A DNA stretch of 64,000 bases. Source: Rebecca billardiae RCC1528 (Eukaryota > Protista > Haptophyta). The notes beneath the pieces were generated by a model. The model ran no database searches, was not told the origin of the DNA, and saw nothing but the letters and a program-made list of their open reading frames with translations. The stretch is from contig OZ251234.1 of NCBI GenBank assembly GCA_965240325.2, positions 2,108,001 through 2,172,000 on the forward strand. Reading direction: 5' to 3'. Positions 52,918-64,000 of this stretch are shown in pieces; position 1 is the first letter of the stretch, and every line of letters starts with the position of its first letter. The position numbers and the translations under genes were made by a program.

Positions 52918-53197
52918 AGATTCTTTTGAATAGTGCTTGTTCAAATACGTTACCCGTCTGTCTCGATGGATGAACCGCCTCGTCATATTAAAAGAGATTC
53001 CTTTCAATAGCGCTTGTCCAACCAAGTTACCCGCCTGCCTCGATGGATGAACCTCCTCATAATATTGAAAGCTAGAGATTCTTTTGAATAGCGCTATTTA
53101 AAGCCAGTTACCCGCTTGCCTCGATGGATGAACCTCGTCCTGTGCCATAAGCCCATAATGAAAGAGAGGCGCTTGTGAAAACAGGTTACCCGCCCGC
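52918..53197. repeat. Degenerate AT-rich tandem repeat, about 3.5 x 77-81 bp
   Basis: GTTACCCG at 52949, 53026, 53107 and 53185. CTCGATGGATGAACC occurs three times. Confidence 0.85.
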
Positions 53198-53759
53198 CAG
53201 CGTTTGCGGGAGGCGCGACACGCCCGAGGCAGCGGGCGAGGATGCCGTGCAAAGGCGTGCGCGCCGCGCCGGTGCCCTCGCGCCGGTGGCGTGGGCTGGC
53301 TGGCTGCTGGTCTCGCCCACGCGCCCCACTCGCCCCAAGCGCGCAACGCCTGCGGGAAGCGCCGGCACCATACCTAACTAACCTGCGCGTCGACGCCCGT
53401 CCTGCCGCGGCCCGCGCCCTCGATCGATCGTCGATTGCACGCGACGAGGAGGTGCCCAGCGCGCACTTTACGCTGCGCGCATCATCGAGTGGTCGCCCAG
53501 CGAGCGCGGGCAGCCACCGGGCCGGCTGACGGCGGGCGCAGCAGCGCAGCTGCCAGCTGCGGACGCGCAGCGGGCGCGGAGTGGAGGCCGGCGCGGCGGC
53601 CGGGCAGCGGCGGCCGGCGCGGCAGCACGCTCGTATACATCGCGGCAGCTACCGCCGTCGTGCGGGGAAAGCACACGCTCTCGGCGGCTTCCAAGATGCC
53701 GACGGGCCACGGCGTGCAGGCTGCGTGCGCGCTGCAGTGGCTGTGTCGAGCTGCTGCGG

Positions 53760-54460
53760 CGTGTGCTCGAGGCGCGGCGCTCGCACGGGCTACGCGGGCG
53801 CAGCGGGTGCGCGCAGCTGGCGCACGCAGTGCCACGTCCTGCGGCGCCAGTTTGGCGGCCGTCCGCCCCCCCGAGCTCGAGTTCTGCGCGCTTTGCGACG
53901 GCGCGGCCGGCCGCGCCCATCTGCCTGCTTGCTTGGGCACGCCAGCATGGCCGCCGCCGGGCCTGCTACGCGCGCCGAAGCTGGAGGGCGGAGGAGGGCG
54001 CTGGGCTGCTCCTACGGCGTGCTGCAGCCCGGGCAGGCTCTACCGCGGCGCGGCGAGGCCGTCGCGCCTGCTCGCCGCCGTCGAGTCGCCCGTGCTGCGT
54101 GACCCTCGGCCGCACGTGCTCGGCGGCACCGCAGCAGCGGCGGCAGCAGGCGTCCCATACCAGTATGCTCGAGCCGCTGTGCGCACCCAAGGCGCGAGCT
54201 GCTCGAGCGGGCCAGGTGGGCCCAGGGGGTGCGCGCAGCTGGCACACGCAGCCCCGCGTCATGGGGTGTCGGTTTGACGGTCGCCAGCCCCTGTGGGCTC
54301 GAGCGCTGTGCGCTTCACCACGGAGGTGCCGGCAGCGCCCCGTGGCGCGCAACGGCGGGGCAGCATGGCCGCCGCCGGCGCCGCCGCACATGCCGCCGCT
54401 TACGGGCAGTCGAGAGCTTGGGGCAGCACCTACGGCGCATGCTGCAGCTCGGGCGGGCTC
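53760..54460. repeat. Old degenerate direct duplication, period about 420 bp
   Basis: GGGTGCGCGCAGCTGGC at about 53805 and 54227. CAGCATGGCCGCCGCCGG at about 53943 and 54361. Confidence 0.65.
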
Positions 54461-54886
54461 TGCCAGCCTGCTGTGGCGTGATCGCGCATTTTCCAGACCG
54501 TCGACTCGCCCGCGCTGCATAATATTCCATTAGTTTGTTTGCCGCGCGTGCTCGACGGCGCTCCGCGCTGCTGCTGCCGCTACGGCCGCGCGTTGGACGG
54601 ACAGCATATGCCGACGGAGGGTGCACCGCGGGCCCCTAACTACATTGGTTCTATGGATAATGGAAGGACCGCGGAACGCGGTCACTATTGTATATATAGT
54701 ATATAGTATATATCATATAGTAGCGTATATATATATGCTGATAGTACGTCGTATCGTAGTAGAGTAGTAGTAGAATCGCGCGTCGTCGTCTGCTGAGGCG
54801 CGGCCCCGCCAGTGCCATATCGTCATGCATGCTCAGATGCCGCTGCGCATCATCGTCGTCATCATCATCGCGCGCCGTCAGCCCGC

Positions 54887-56425
54887 TCATGGTGACAGTG
54901 GTGGGCTGCTGCGTGTTCGGCCGCGCCGCCGCTGCTGCTGGCGCCGACGTGTCGACCGCGCGGCGCCAGCAGCCCCCCTTCGCTCGGCGGCGTCTGCGCG
55001 CGCGCCCATCTCCACCAGGCTGCCGTAGGCGCGCAGCAACAGCCCCACGTAGAGGTCCACGTCCCGCACGTCCAGCTGGCGCAGCACCACGCGGCGGCCG
55101 GCGGCGGCGATCGCCTCGGCGCGCTCGGGATGCGCGCGCGCCCACGCGATGCGCGCGCACAGGTCGGAGAGGTCGGCCGCGACGGGCACGTAGTGCACCC
55201 ACGGCGCGAGCAGCCCGTAGTAGAACTCTCTCCAGCCGCCCGGCTCGACGATCAGCAGCGTGAAGCCGAGCGCCAGCAGACGCCACAGCCGGTCCGCGAA
55301 GCCGTTGTTGCCCACGTGCACGTACAGCCGCGCGGCGGCGGCGAGCTGCTGCTCGGGGATGCGCGGGCCGAGCCAGCTGCTCGCGGTGCGCTCGCCCACC
55401 TGCGCCTTCACGAAGCGCGAGTGCTCGTTGTACCCGCTGAAGCGCGCGTCCAGCACAGCACCGCCACCGCCGCCGCCGCCGCCGTGCTCGCCGCACGTGC
55501 CGTTGACGCTGAGCTCGACGAGGCGGACGCGCTGGTGGCGGCGCCAGAGGCCGGTGAGCGTCTCGCACCCCCACGCGCGGCCGCGCGCCGCCGGGTCCCA
55601 CCCCTTCTTCACGTCCTCCGCGCAGCGCGCGCCGCGCGGCGCGTGGTTGGCTGGGTAGTAGAGGTCGCCACGCGCGCCGCAGCCGACCGCGCAGCCGAGC
55701 GAGCCGCGCCAGATTGCGCGGTCCGGGCGCGCGCGCCAGGGCGCGGCGTCGGCGAGGGCGAGGAGCTCGGCGCGCGCCGCCTCGAACCCGTGGCCGAACT
55801 GCCCGCGCGTGTGCGTCGGCAGCAGCACCTCGAGGAAGCCGCCATTGTTCTGGATGCCAAACACGGCCGGCAGGCCCGACGCGGCCGCCTCGCGCACCGG
55901 GAACTCGGGCCAGTCGAGGGGCGTGACGAAGAGGTCGAGGGGGCGCGCGGGGCGGAGGGAGGGGTGCGCGAGCAGCGCGCGCTTCACGTGCACCTTCTGG
56001 CCCTTGTCCTTGCTCGTCAGCTCGAGCTCGCTCGCCGGCGCGCCGCGCGGCGCGACCGTGAGCCGCTGCAGGCGCGGCACGGTCGAGCGGCGCGCCGCGG
56101 CGAGGTGGCGCTCGCGGATGCCGCCCGCCGCGAGCCACGGCGCGAACTGCGAGCCGATCGCCTCCTCGACGCTCATGCTCCACCGCCACGTCGCGTTCGG
56201 CGGCAGCTCGGCGACAACCCACGCGCGGCGCGTCGGCGCGGCCGCGCCGTCCGCGCGCCGCGCGCGCGCGCCGCCGCCGCCCGCCGGCGGCGCGGAGGGC
56301 GTGTGGTTGCGCGCAGCTGCGCTGGGTGGCGAGTGTGCTGCGTGGTCGCGCGGCGGGCGCCCGACGGCACAGGCCGAGATCAGCGCCAGAGCGAGCGGCA
56401 TCCGACGCGAGCGGCCGGACGCCAT
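54887..56425 (-). CDS. Glycosyltransferase family 90 (CAP10/POGLUT-like)
   Basis: PWRARPDRAIWRGS, LDARF, GNNGFADRLWRLL and EFYYGLLAPWVHYVPVAADLSDL...WARAHPERAEAIAAAG. Confidence 0.88.
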   Translation of the reverse strand: MASGRSRRMPLALALISACAVGRPPRDHAAHSPPSAAARNHTPSAPPAGGGGARARRADGAAAPTRRAWVVAELPPNATWRWSMSVEEAIGSQFAPWLAAGGIRERHLAAARRSTVPRLQRLTVAPRGAPASELELTSKDKGQKVHVKRALLAHPSLRPARPLDLFVTPLDWPEFPVREAAASGLPAVFGIQNNGGFLEVLLPTHTRGQFGHGFEAARAELLALADAAPWRARPDRAIWRGSLGCAVGCGARGDLYYPANHAPRGARCAEDVKKGWDPAARGRAWGCETLTGLWRRHQRVRLVELSVNGTCGEHGGGGGGGGAVLDARFSGYNEHSRFVKAQVGERTASSWLGPRIPEQQLAAAARLYVHVGNNGFADRLWRLLALGFTLLIVEPGGWREFYYGLLAPWVHYVPVAADLSDLCARIAWARAHPERAEAIAAAGRRVVLRQLDVRDVDLYVGLLLRAYGSLVEMGARADAAERRGAAGAARSTRRRQQQRRRGRTRSSPPLSP

Positions 56426-56920
56426 CGTGTGGGCACGTCGAGGCCTCGACAGCTGAGGGCTGGTCGCCGAGCTCGCAGTGGCGAGATACGCGAAGGGAAA
56501 ACTGAAAACGGCGTCGCAACCCGCACGGACGTCTTCGATCTACGCCCAGCAAGCGGGTAAAAGCGATCAACATTTCGCGCATGATTGTATCAGCCGTGCG
56601 TGTGGGTACCTATGTGGCCGCCGACGGTTTCATTACCACGCGGCCCGCAAGTACTCGTTCGGGCCGCGCCTTTTTTTCGGGCCGCGCTTCGTCAGCATCC
56701 GGCAAGCGAAGTTCGCTTCCTGCCTCGCAGCGCGATGGCGAGGTGCGCGAGCGGCGCGCGTGGTCGCTCGGCGTGCGAGGACTAGCCCCGCGCGTCCCTT
56801 GTCGCGCGCGCGTTGTGTCGCCCGCCTGAGCCGCCGACGACCACTTGCGCTTGTGCGCGCGCGCGCGCGCGCGCGCGCAGCCAGCACCCGCCACCAGCGA
56901 ACGGCACGTCCGCGGGCGGC

Positions 56921-57999
56921 ATGGGCGACATGGACAAGGAGAAGCTGAAGCAGCAGGCGGCGCAGGCGCAGCAGCTGCTGCTCGAGCGCACGAAGACCGC
57001 GTACGAGGGCTCCAAGTCCCTCCTCCGCGCCTCGCACGTCATCAACCAGTACGTGTCGATCGTGGCGGGCGGGCTGGTGGCCGTGTCGGCCGTGCTGGCG
57101 ATCATCGACATCCTGTACAAGATCGGCTCGACGAAGAACTGGTTCTGGGGGATCCTCACGCAGGTGTACATCGTCGCCTTCGGCGTCGCGATCATCGTGC
57201 TCGAGGTGCCCATCGTCGAGCGCACCAAGCCCGTGATGGCGTTCAAGGTGTTCGTGGACCGCTGGCTGCGCGCGCTCTCGAGGCTGACCGCGCGCGGCAT
57301 CGTGTACTTCACGCACGCCGTGCTGATCATCGACGCGCAGCACGAGTTCTCGAGGCTGGGCGAGTTCTGCGGCTACTTCCTCTTCGGCGCCGGTATCTTC
57401 TCAGCGCTCGTCGGGTGCGCGCGCGCGCGGCGCGGCGCGCCCGCCGCGCCGCGCCAGCGCGCGGCGCGATCGGGGCTGCGCGCGCCGGCGCTGAGGCCGG
57501 CCTGTGGCGCTGCGCTCGCGCCCGCGGCCCGCCCCGCAGGTACACCACGACGCACGACCTTCTGAAGCTGAAGGAGAAGGTGCGCGCGGAGAACGATCGG
57601 AACGGCGTCGTCGCCACGGCCAAGGCCGTCTTCGAGCAGCACGACAAGGACGGCAACGGCACGCTGTCCATTGACGAGGTGCGGCGCTGCACGCGCGCGC
57701 GGAGGCACGCACGCGCACGCACGGCGGCGCGCCGTCTGCGCCGCCGCGCCGCGCGTGCTGCCGCGGCGCGGCGCGGGCCTCGCCCGGCGCGGCTGAGCCG
57801 TGCCGCGCGCCCCCGCCCCGCCGCGCGCCCACGCGCGCAGGTGCGCAAGATGGTGCTGGACACCAACCCCGAGATCACCGATCTCGAGCTGCGCGTCTTC
57901 TTCATCAACCTCGACGTGAACCGCGACAACGTCATCTCCGAGGACGAGTTCATGGTGTGGTACGAGTCCTCGGGGTTCTCGGCGAACGACCTGGCCTGA
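56921..57999 (+). CDS. Multi-pass membrane protein (TVP15/COPI-associated-like) with two EF-hands, 3 exons
   Basis: YIVAFGVAIIVLE...LSRLTARGIVY TM block. EF loops DKDGNGTLSIDE and DVNRDNVISEDEF. Confidence 0.8.
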
Positions 58000-58519
58000 G
58001 CGCGGGGGCGGGCGGGCGACGCGAGCGAGGGGCTGCGCGGCGCCCACGCGGGGGATGAGGCGCGGCCGCGCTGACTAACATGTCGCCCGCCGGGCTAAGA
58101 GAGTGCCGGCGGTCACGGGTCAGGCGCGGAGAGCGCTTGCAAGCGGCTTGGGGCGACCCGCGGACTTAGCACGCGGATCGCGGTGCCGTTTACGGACTGC
58201 TATGGTCGTGTCAGCCAGCGGAATATGCACGCATTCGGGCGGCAGCGCGCCGAATGCCGCCGCCGATGACATAGCGTCAACGGTAGCGATGAGAGGGTGG
58301 CCCACGATACGTCAGCGCCAGCGCGGCGATCAATGCCAATGGTCGTCGAATCAGCAGGGAAAATCGCAAAATCCGCCACGAGCGGTAAAAAATTAAAAAA
58401 ACGCGCGAATAACCGGCAACCGCCATCGTCAAACTCGCGCGCCCGCCGCCAACCGCCGGAAAAGGCGCACCCAGGCAAGCCGCACAAGCAGCAGGGAGGA
58501 AGAGCCGCCGTTGGTTGTG

Positions 58520-61500
58520 ATGGCGCCAGCCGCCGCGCGCCGGCTGTGCGCGCTCGCGCTGTGCGCCGCGGCGCTCGGCCCGGGCCGCGCGGCCGATCCG
58601 ATTCCGACCGATGGCACCTGCTCCAGCTCGCACTACTTCGACATCTCCGCGCTCCAGTGCCTCAAGTGCCCGGACGGGCAGGAGCCGCACCCGTCGGGCA
58701 AGGCGTGCGTGTGCGCGGGCGAGAACGTGCCCGTGTCGCTGGGCGCGGCGTACGACGCCGAGGACGAGTCGGACGAGCACTGCGTCCCGTGCCCCTCGCG
58801 CACCGTCCCGCCGCGCTCGCCCATCTTCGCGACGCGCGTCGCCGAGACGGCGACATGCCTCGCGTGCGCGGCCGCGCTCGACGACAAGGCGCTCGCGCCG
58901 CCGCCGTTCCCGCCGCCGCTGCCGCCGCCGTCGTCGCCGCCGATCGACGCGAACGCGACGGCGCCGCCCTCGCCGCCGCCCTCGCCCTCCGCCTCCCCGG
59001 ACAACGCCACCGCCTGCGTGCCCGGCGCGGGCGGCGCGCTCGTCTCCTCGCTCGACCCGTCGCTGCTGCGCGATGGCACGCTCGGCGAGTGCGGCGGCGC
59101 GGGCGGCGCGGCGGCGGACGAGCGGTGCTCGGTGTCGGACGCGGTGCTGCCCGAGTGCGCCTGCCCGCCCGGCATGGTCGCCGCCGACACCAACGCGCAC
59201 GGCTACCCGCTCGCGTCCAAGGTGTGCGAGCGGTGCTCGCCCAACTCGTTCCCTGACCCGTCCGCGGGCTCTGTGTGTGTGCCGTGCGAGGACGAGCGCA
59301 TGGAGTGGACCGAGGAGGTGCGCGCGCGCGCGGGCGCCCGCCGCGCGTGCGTGCGCGTGCGCGTGCGCGTGCGCGCGCGGCGCGCGGGGCTCACTCGCCG
59401 CGCCTCGAGCCGCGCGGCCCCGCCTGCCCCCGTGCCTGCCTCTGCGCGCGCCTGCCTCTCTGCGCGCGCCCCCGCGCGTGCGCTCTGGCGCGCTCCGCAG
59501 AACGGCTGCTCGTGCCCCGACGGCTGGTCGGAGGTCTCGCACGCGAGCGGGCTGTGGGGCCGCGAGAAGACGTGCGTGCTCACCTCGGCGCGGCGGCACG
59601 TGGAGGACACCGTCGACGCGGACGTGGCGACCACCATCTCGTACAAGCACGTCGGCGCTGTCACGGGTGCGCGGCCACGCGCCGCGCGCGGCGCGAGCGC
59701 GCGCGCGCGCGCCGCGCGCGCGCCGCGCGCGCTGCCCGCGCTCACGCGCCGCGCGCGCCCGGCCGCGGGCGCAGGCAACAACGACGGGCGCGTGGTGACG
59801 ATCGACTCGGCGACGCTGCAGCAGCTCTTCCTGCCCGCCGCGACCGAGTGCCGCATCGAGGTGCTCACCGGCCGTCCGATCCAGCCGGGCGTGCGCTCCG
59901 CGTGTCAGGCGCTGGCCAACCTGTGTGTGCTGGTCGATTATGACGAGGGCGCGCCCGCCTGCCGCTACTTCGCCGAGCTGCAGTCGGAGGTGTCGGGCGC
60001 GGTGCACGGCGAGACGGAGTGGCGGCCGTCGATGCCGTGGCTCTACTACAAGGACTCCGTCTCCGCGCTCACCGACACCACCCTCGAGCTGGGCATCGCC
60101 GTCTCGCCCGACGCGTCCGCGCTCGGCCGCGGCGACTCGCGGCTTCGGTTTGTTCTCAACTCCTACTCGCTCAACGGCACGTGGCTCGGGCTGACGAACC
60201 TGACGACGGAGCTGCAGCTGTGCGGCGGGCCGGCGGTGGAGGGCATCGCGTTCGCCGACGTGGGCACCCACTTCACCTCCGCCTGCGAGCTCGGCGTCGA
60301 CGGCGAGCTCGCGTCTCTCTTTGACGAGATTGGTGGCGTGCACGCGCCCGACTCGAGCGTGGCCGCGCGCGCGAGCCCGTACCGAAACTCGGCGCCGGGG
60401 CTGGGTGCGCAGCTGCGCGGCGCGTTCCACGAGCTGTACGTGCGCGACCGCGAGGAGCGGCTCTTCGCCGTGCCCGTGCGCGTCTTCAACTTTGACGGCC
60501 AGGTCAACGTGAACGGCGACGGCACGCCGTGGGGCTCGCTGCCGTCGGTGCGCGCCGCGCGCCGTGCCGCGCGCCGCGCCGGCCGCCGCGCCGCGCGCCG
60601 CGAGGCCGCGCGCCGCCTCGCTGCCGCGACTTGGACGTCGGGCGCGGGCGGCCGGGGCGAGCGCGGGCGGGCGAGCGCGCGCGCGCGCGCGCGCGCACGC
60701 GCCGTCGCGCCGTGCGCTCACCCCGTGCGCGCGCGCGCCCTCCCTGTGCCTCAGGTGTCCGACCTCTCGAGCCGAGACGACCGCCTCACGCGCCGCTTCT
60801 TCCTGCTGGACGCGCTGAGCGGCAGGGAGGACGGCGCCGAGCGGGGGGAGGGGCCGTCGGTGGTGCGGTACGCGGCGGAGCTGACGATCGGCGTGAAGGT
60901 GCAGGAGCTCGACGCCTCGTCCATCTACCCGCCCGTCCTCTCCGTGCGCTACGCCGAGGCGCAGCCGTCCGCGCCGAGCGCGGACGGCGCCGAGGGGTCC
61001 TCTGCGGGCGCGGGCTCGGCCGCGGGCGCGCGCGCGCAGACGGTGGCTGTGCGCTTCAAGTCGGTGTACACGATGGAGCTGACGCAGTACTGGCAGACGG
61101 TGACGATGCTCGTGGTCTTCGCGTGCGTGCTCGTCTTCTTCCTCTTCATCTTCTCCTCGTACGTGTACATGCGGCGCAACCAGAAGATGGTGCTGGACGG
61201 CGAGTTTGTGTGCGCGGCCATCGTGCTGCTGCTGCGCGCGTACGCAGACGTGTTTGTGTGGCTGCTGCTCGGCTTGTGTGCGCACTGGTACGTCTTCTTC
61301 AAGGGGCAGGCGTCGGCGTTCATCATGCTGCCCGCGGAGGAGTCGACCGGCCCGATCGTCGTCATGCTCGTGCTCTGCCTCGCCGCGAAGGTGCGCGCGC
61401 GCCGCGCCGCGGGCCGCGCGCGCGCCGCGCGCGCGCCGCGCTCACGCCCGCCGGCGCCTGCCGCGCGCGCGCGCGCGCGAAAACGCGAAAACGCGAAAAC

Positions 61501-63139
61501 GGCTGGCAGGCGGTGCACGTGCTGAGCATTGTGCTGCAGCAGAGCCGGGCCGACGTGTTCCTCATCGACTGGGAGGGTGCGCGCCGCCGCGCCGCGCGCG
61601 CGCTGCTCCTCGCCGGCCGGCCGTCGCTCCCGAGCCCCGCGCCCGCTGACCGAGAGCCGCGGGCCTCGCCCCGCGCGCGCGTGTGCGCTCCGCTGTTGCG
61701 CGTGCGCGCGTGGCGCGCGCGTGCGTGCGTGCGTGGCCGCGCGCAGGCTCGCACGGCACGCTGCTCAACAAGGGTGGCGACGGCGGCGAGCCCGCGCCCG
61801 TCTCGACGTGGCGGGCAATCTTCGCGGCCAACGAGCTCAACGAGCTGCAGGCGCGGCGCTTCTCCTCGCCCGCGCTCTCGCTGGTGCTGCTGCTGCTGCT
61901 GCTCGAAGGCGCAGACCTCAACTTTTACGCCAAGGCGATGCCGGGCGGCGCCGAGCGCTCGGGCGCGCACGTGCGCTCGCACGTGCTGCTGCGCTTCGCC
62001 GTCTCCTCCTTCTGCTGGGGCGTGGTGCTGCTCGGGCAGGCGCTCGCGCTGCGGCTGCTCTGGCTGCCGTACGTCGAGGACAAGGTGGGCCAGTTCGTCG
62101 ACCTGCTCAGCGTCGCCAACATCTCCGCCCTCATCCTGCCGGAGCAGCAGTGCGGCTACTACTTGCACGGCCGCTCGGTGCACGCGCACGCGGACGCCTC
62201 CATGCTCGAGCTCAACCGCCAGCTGCGCGCGGAGGAGGACGGCGTGACGAGCGGGCGCGGGCTCTCGCCCGTCTCGGACGTGCAGACGTTCGAGGTCTTC
62301 CTCACGCGCGGGCTGCGCGAGCTGTACGACCAGAAGTTCTTGCAGGCCGCCGCGTCGGCCGCGGCGGGCGCGGCGGTGCGCGCGCGCGGCGCGCGCGCGC
62401 ACCGCGATGCGCGCGCGCGCGCGGCGCGCGCGCCGCCTCCGCCGCGCGCCGCCTCTGAGCAGGCCGCGCCTCCTCCCTCCCGGCCTCCCCCCCTCCCTCG
62501 CTCGCTCGCTCGTCGCGCTGCGGCGACCAGGCGGGCGGCGACCCGACGGGCACCGGCGGCCTCCGCCGCGCCGGGCGCGGCGGCGGGGCGAACCCGACCA
62601 ACCTGCAGCTGCGCGGCCTCACGCTCGAGCGCGCGCGGCGCGCGGGCGACGGCTTCCGCGCCAACCCGGAGGGCGCCGTGCTGCGGTACGTGGAGATGAA
62701 CGCGCTGCTCAAGGACTTCATCGACGCCAACCTGGGGCACCACGAGTACCAGATCCGCGAGAAGCTCTACGTCGAGCGCCTCTTCGGCCTGCCCCCCGAC
62801 ATGACGTTTGCGCGCGACTCGCTCTTTCTGTACGACGGCGCGGGCGGCTGGACGCGCGCGCTGCTGTACGGGCGCGAGTACGACCTCGCGCTCTTCGAGG
62901 TGCGCGGCGCGCGCTCGGTGCGGGTGGCGCGGCGCGCGCGCGCGCTCACGCCGCCGCCGCGCGCGCGTGCGAGCGCGCAGGTGCTCGTCTTCTCGGTCGC
63001 CGACCTCTCGATGCGCTCCGCCTTCCTCGCCGCGGCCATCACCTACCTCGTGAGCGTCGCGCTCGGCGCGCTGCGCTCCGCGCTCGGCCAGGGCAACCTC
63101 GCCAGGAAGACGCTCATCGACGATCGGTTCCTCATCTAG
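58520..63139 (+). CDS. TMEM67: Meckelin (ciliary transition zone), multi-exon
   Basis: Signal peptide and Cys-rich repeats, CQALANLCVL, MPWLYY, LTRRFFLLD, DVFLIDWE, PVSTWRAIFAANELNELQ, QFVDLLSVANIS, GYYLHGRSVH and NLARKTLIDDRFLI-stop. Confidence 0.95.
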
Positions 63140-63651
63140 CCCGTAGGCTCGAGCGGCGTCAGCAAGGTCGTTGTCGTGCGACGCGCAGACGACCTTGTCC
63201 GCGATCCCGCCACCGCGGGCGCCACGCCCACCGCGAGCGCAAATCGACCAGCTGGCACAGTCCGGTCAGCGGATCAACGATCGAACTCGGCTGGTGTTAT
63301 ACTGTTATTTTGACGATAATACTTGAGAATCATGAAGTATCAGCATCATCACTAGGTTGTTCGGCCCCGCTCGTCCCGGGCGGGCGCGGCCGGCCCATCG
63401 AGCAAAGGATCATTGCGGGCACCACCGCATTGACAAGGACACGTCGCGGAGCCCCGCTCGCCTGGCAGTCGTGCCCGGGGCCGCCGGCTCACATTGACCG
63501 GCTGTGAGGCGGCTTGGAAGAGTGCTGCAAAGTGTTGTTCGGCCCCGCGCGACCATGCGCTCGAGGTCGGCGCGTTGTCATAGATAATGCAGCTGGCAGC
63601 AAGGCCAACGCCGGTCATGGCACGCGGTTGGCAAGCCACCCGCGCGCCCTG

Positions 63652-63947
63652 CACGTGCTCGAGCTGCGGCGTCATCGTCATCTCATGCTGAGCTGCCATC
63701 GTCCCTGTCTTGCCGGCAGCGGAAGGGCGAGCTCGAGCGGCGGCGCGCGGCCGCATCCGAGGCGAACGTCGGCGGATGTGCAGCGAGACGGTTCGATGCC
63801 AGCACGTGCTCGAGCTGCGGCGTCGTCATCTCACGCAGCCGCCATCGTCCCTGTCTTGCCGACAGCCGAAGGGCGAGCACGACGGCGGCGCGCGGCCCGC
63901 ATCCGAGGCGAACATCAGCGGATGTGCAGCGAGACGGTTCGATGCCG
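63652..63947. repeat. Tandem repeat, 2 x about 150 bp
   Basis: GCACGTGCTCGAGCTGCGGCGTC...GAGACGGTTCGATGCC occurs twice. Confidence 0.85.
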
Positions 63948-64000
63948 GCTGGACGCTCGTGGAGCAGTGCATGTCCCTGCAGAGCTGGCCGTGCTCTGCG

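Overview
Very GC-rich eukaryotic DNA with short GTGCGC...CGCAG, (CG)n-rich introns. This style suggests a pavlovophycean haptophyte such as Diacronema/Pavlova, but that is inference only. Two gene-dense flanks carry DPH1, enkurin and a sulfotransferase-like gene (left), and a propeller-type glycan enzyme, DNAJC11, a nucleoside hydrolase, GT90, a TVP15-like/EF-hand protein and TMEM67/meckelin (right). They enclose a TE- and microsatellite-rich island at about 7.2-44 kb. The most striking object is a 10.6-kb TA-flanked composite element (28493-39093). It has two apparently identical 794-bp modules in DIRECT orientation, each with its own Tc1-like imperfect TIRs. They enclose a core with 9-bp inverted ends that holds an intact IS630/Tc1-type transposase (DD47E spacing) and exactly 17 units of a 417-bp repeat with higher-order structure. 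The island also contains an intact spliced histone H3 variant with His at the K27-equivalent position, a (TA)n-targeting TIR family, short structured retro-insertions (one with a 12-bp TSD), MITE and foldback elements, and a duplicated DUF707-like gene.
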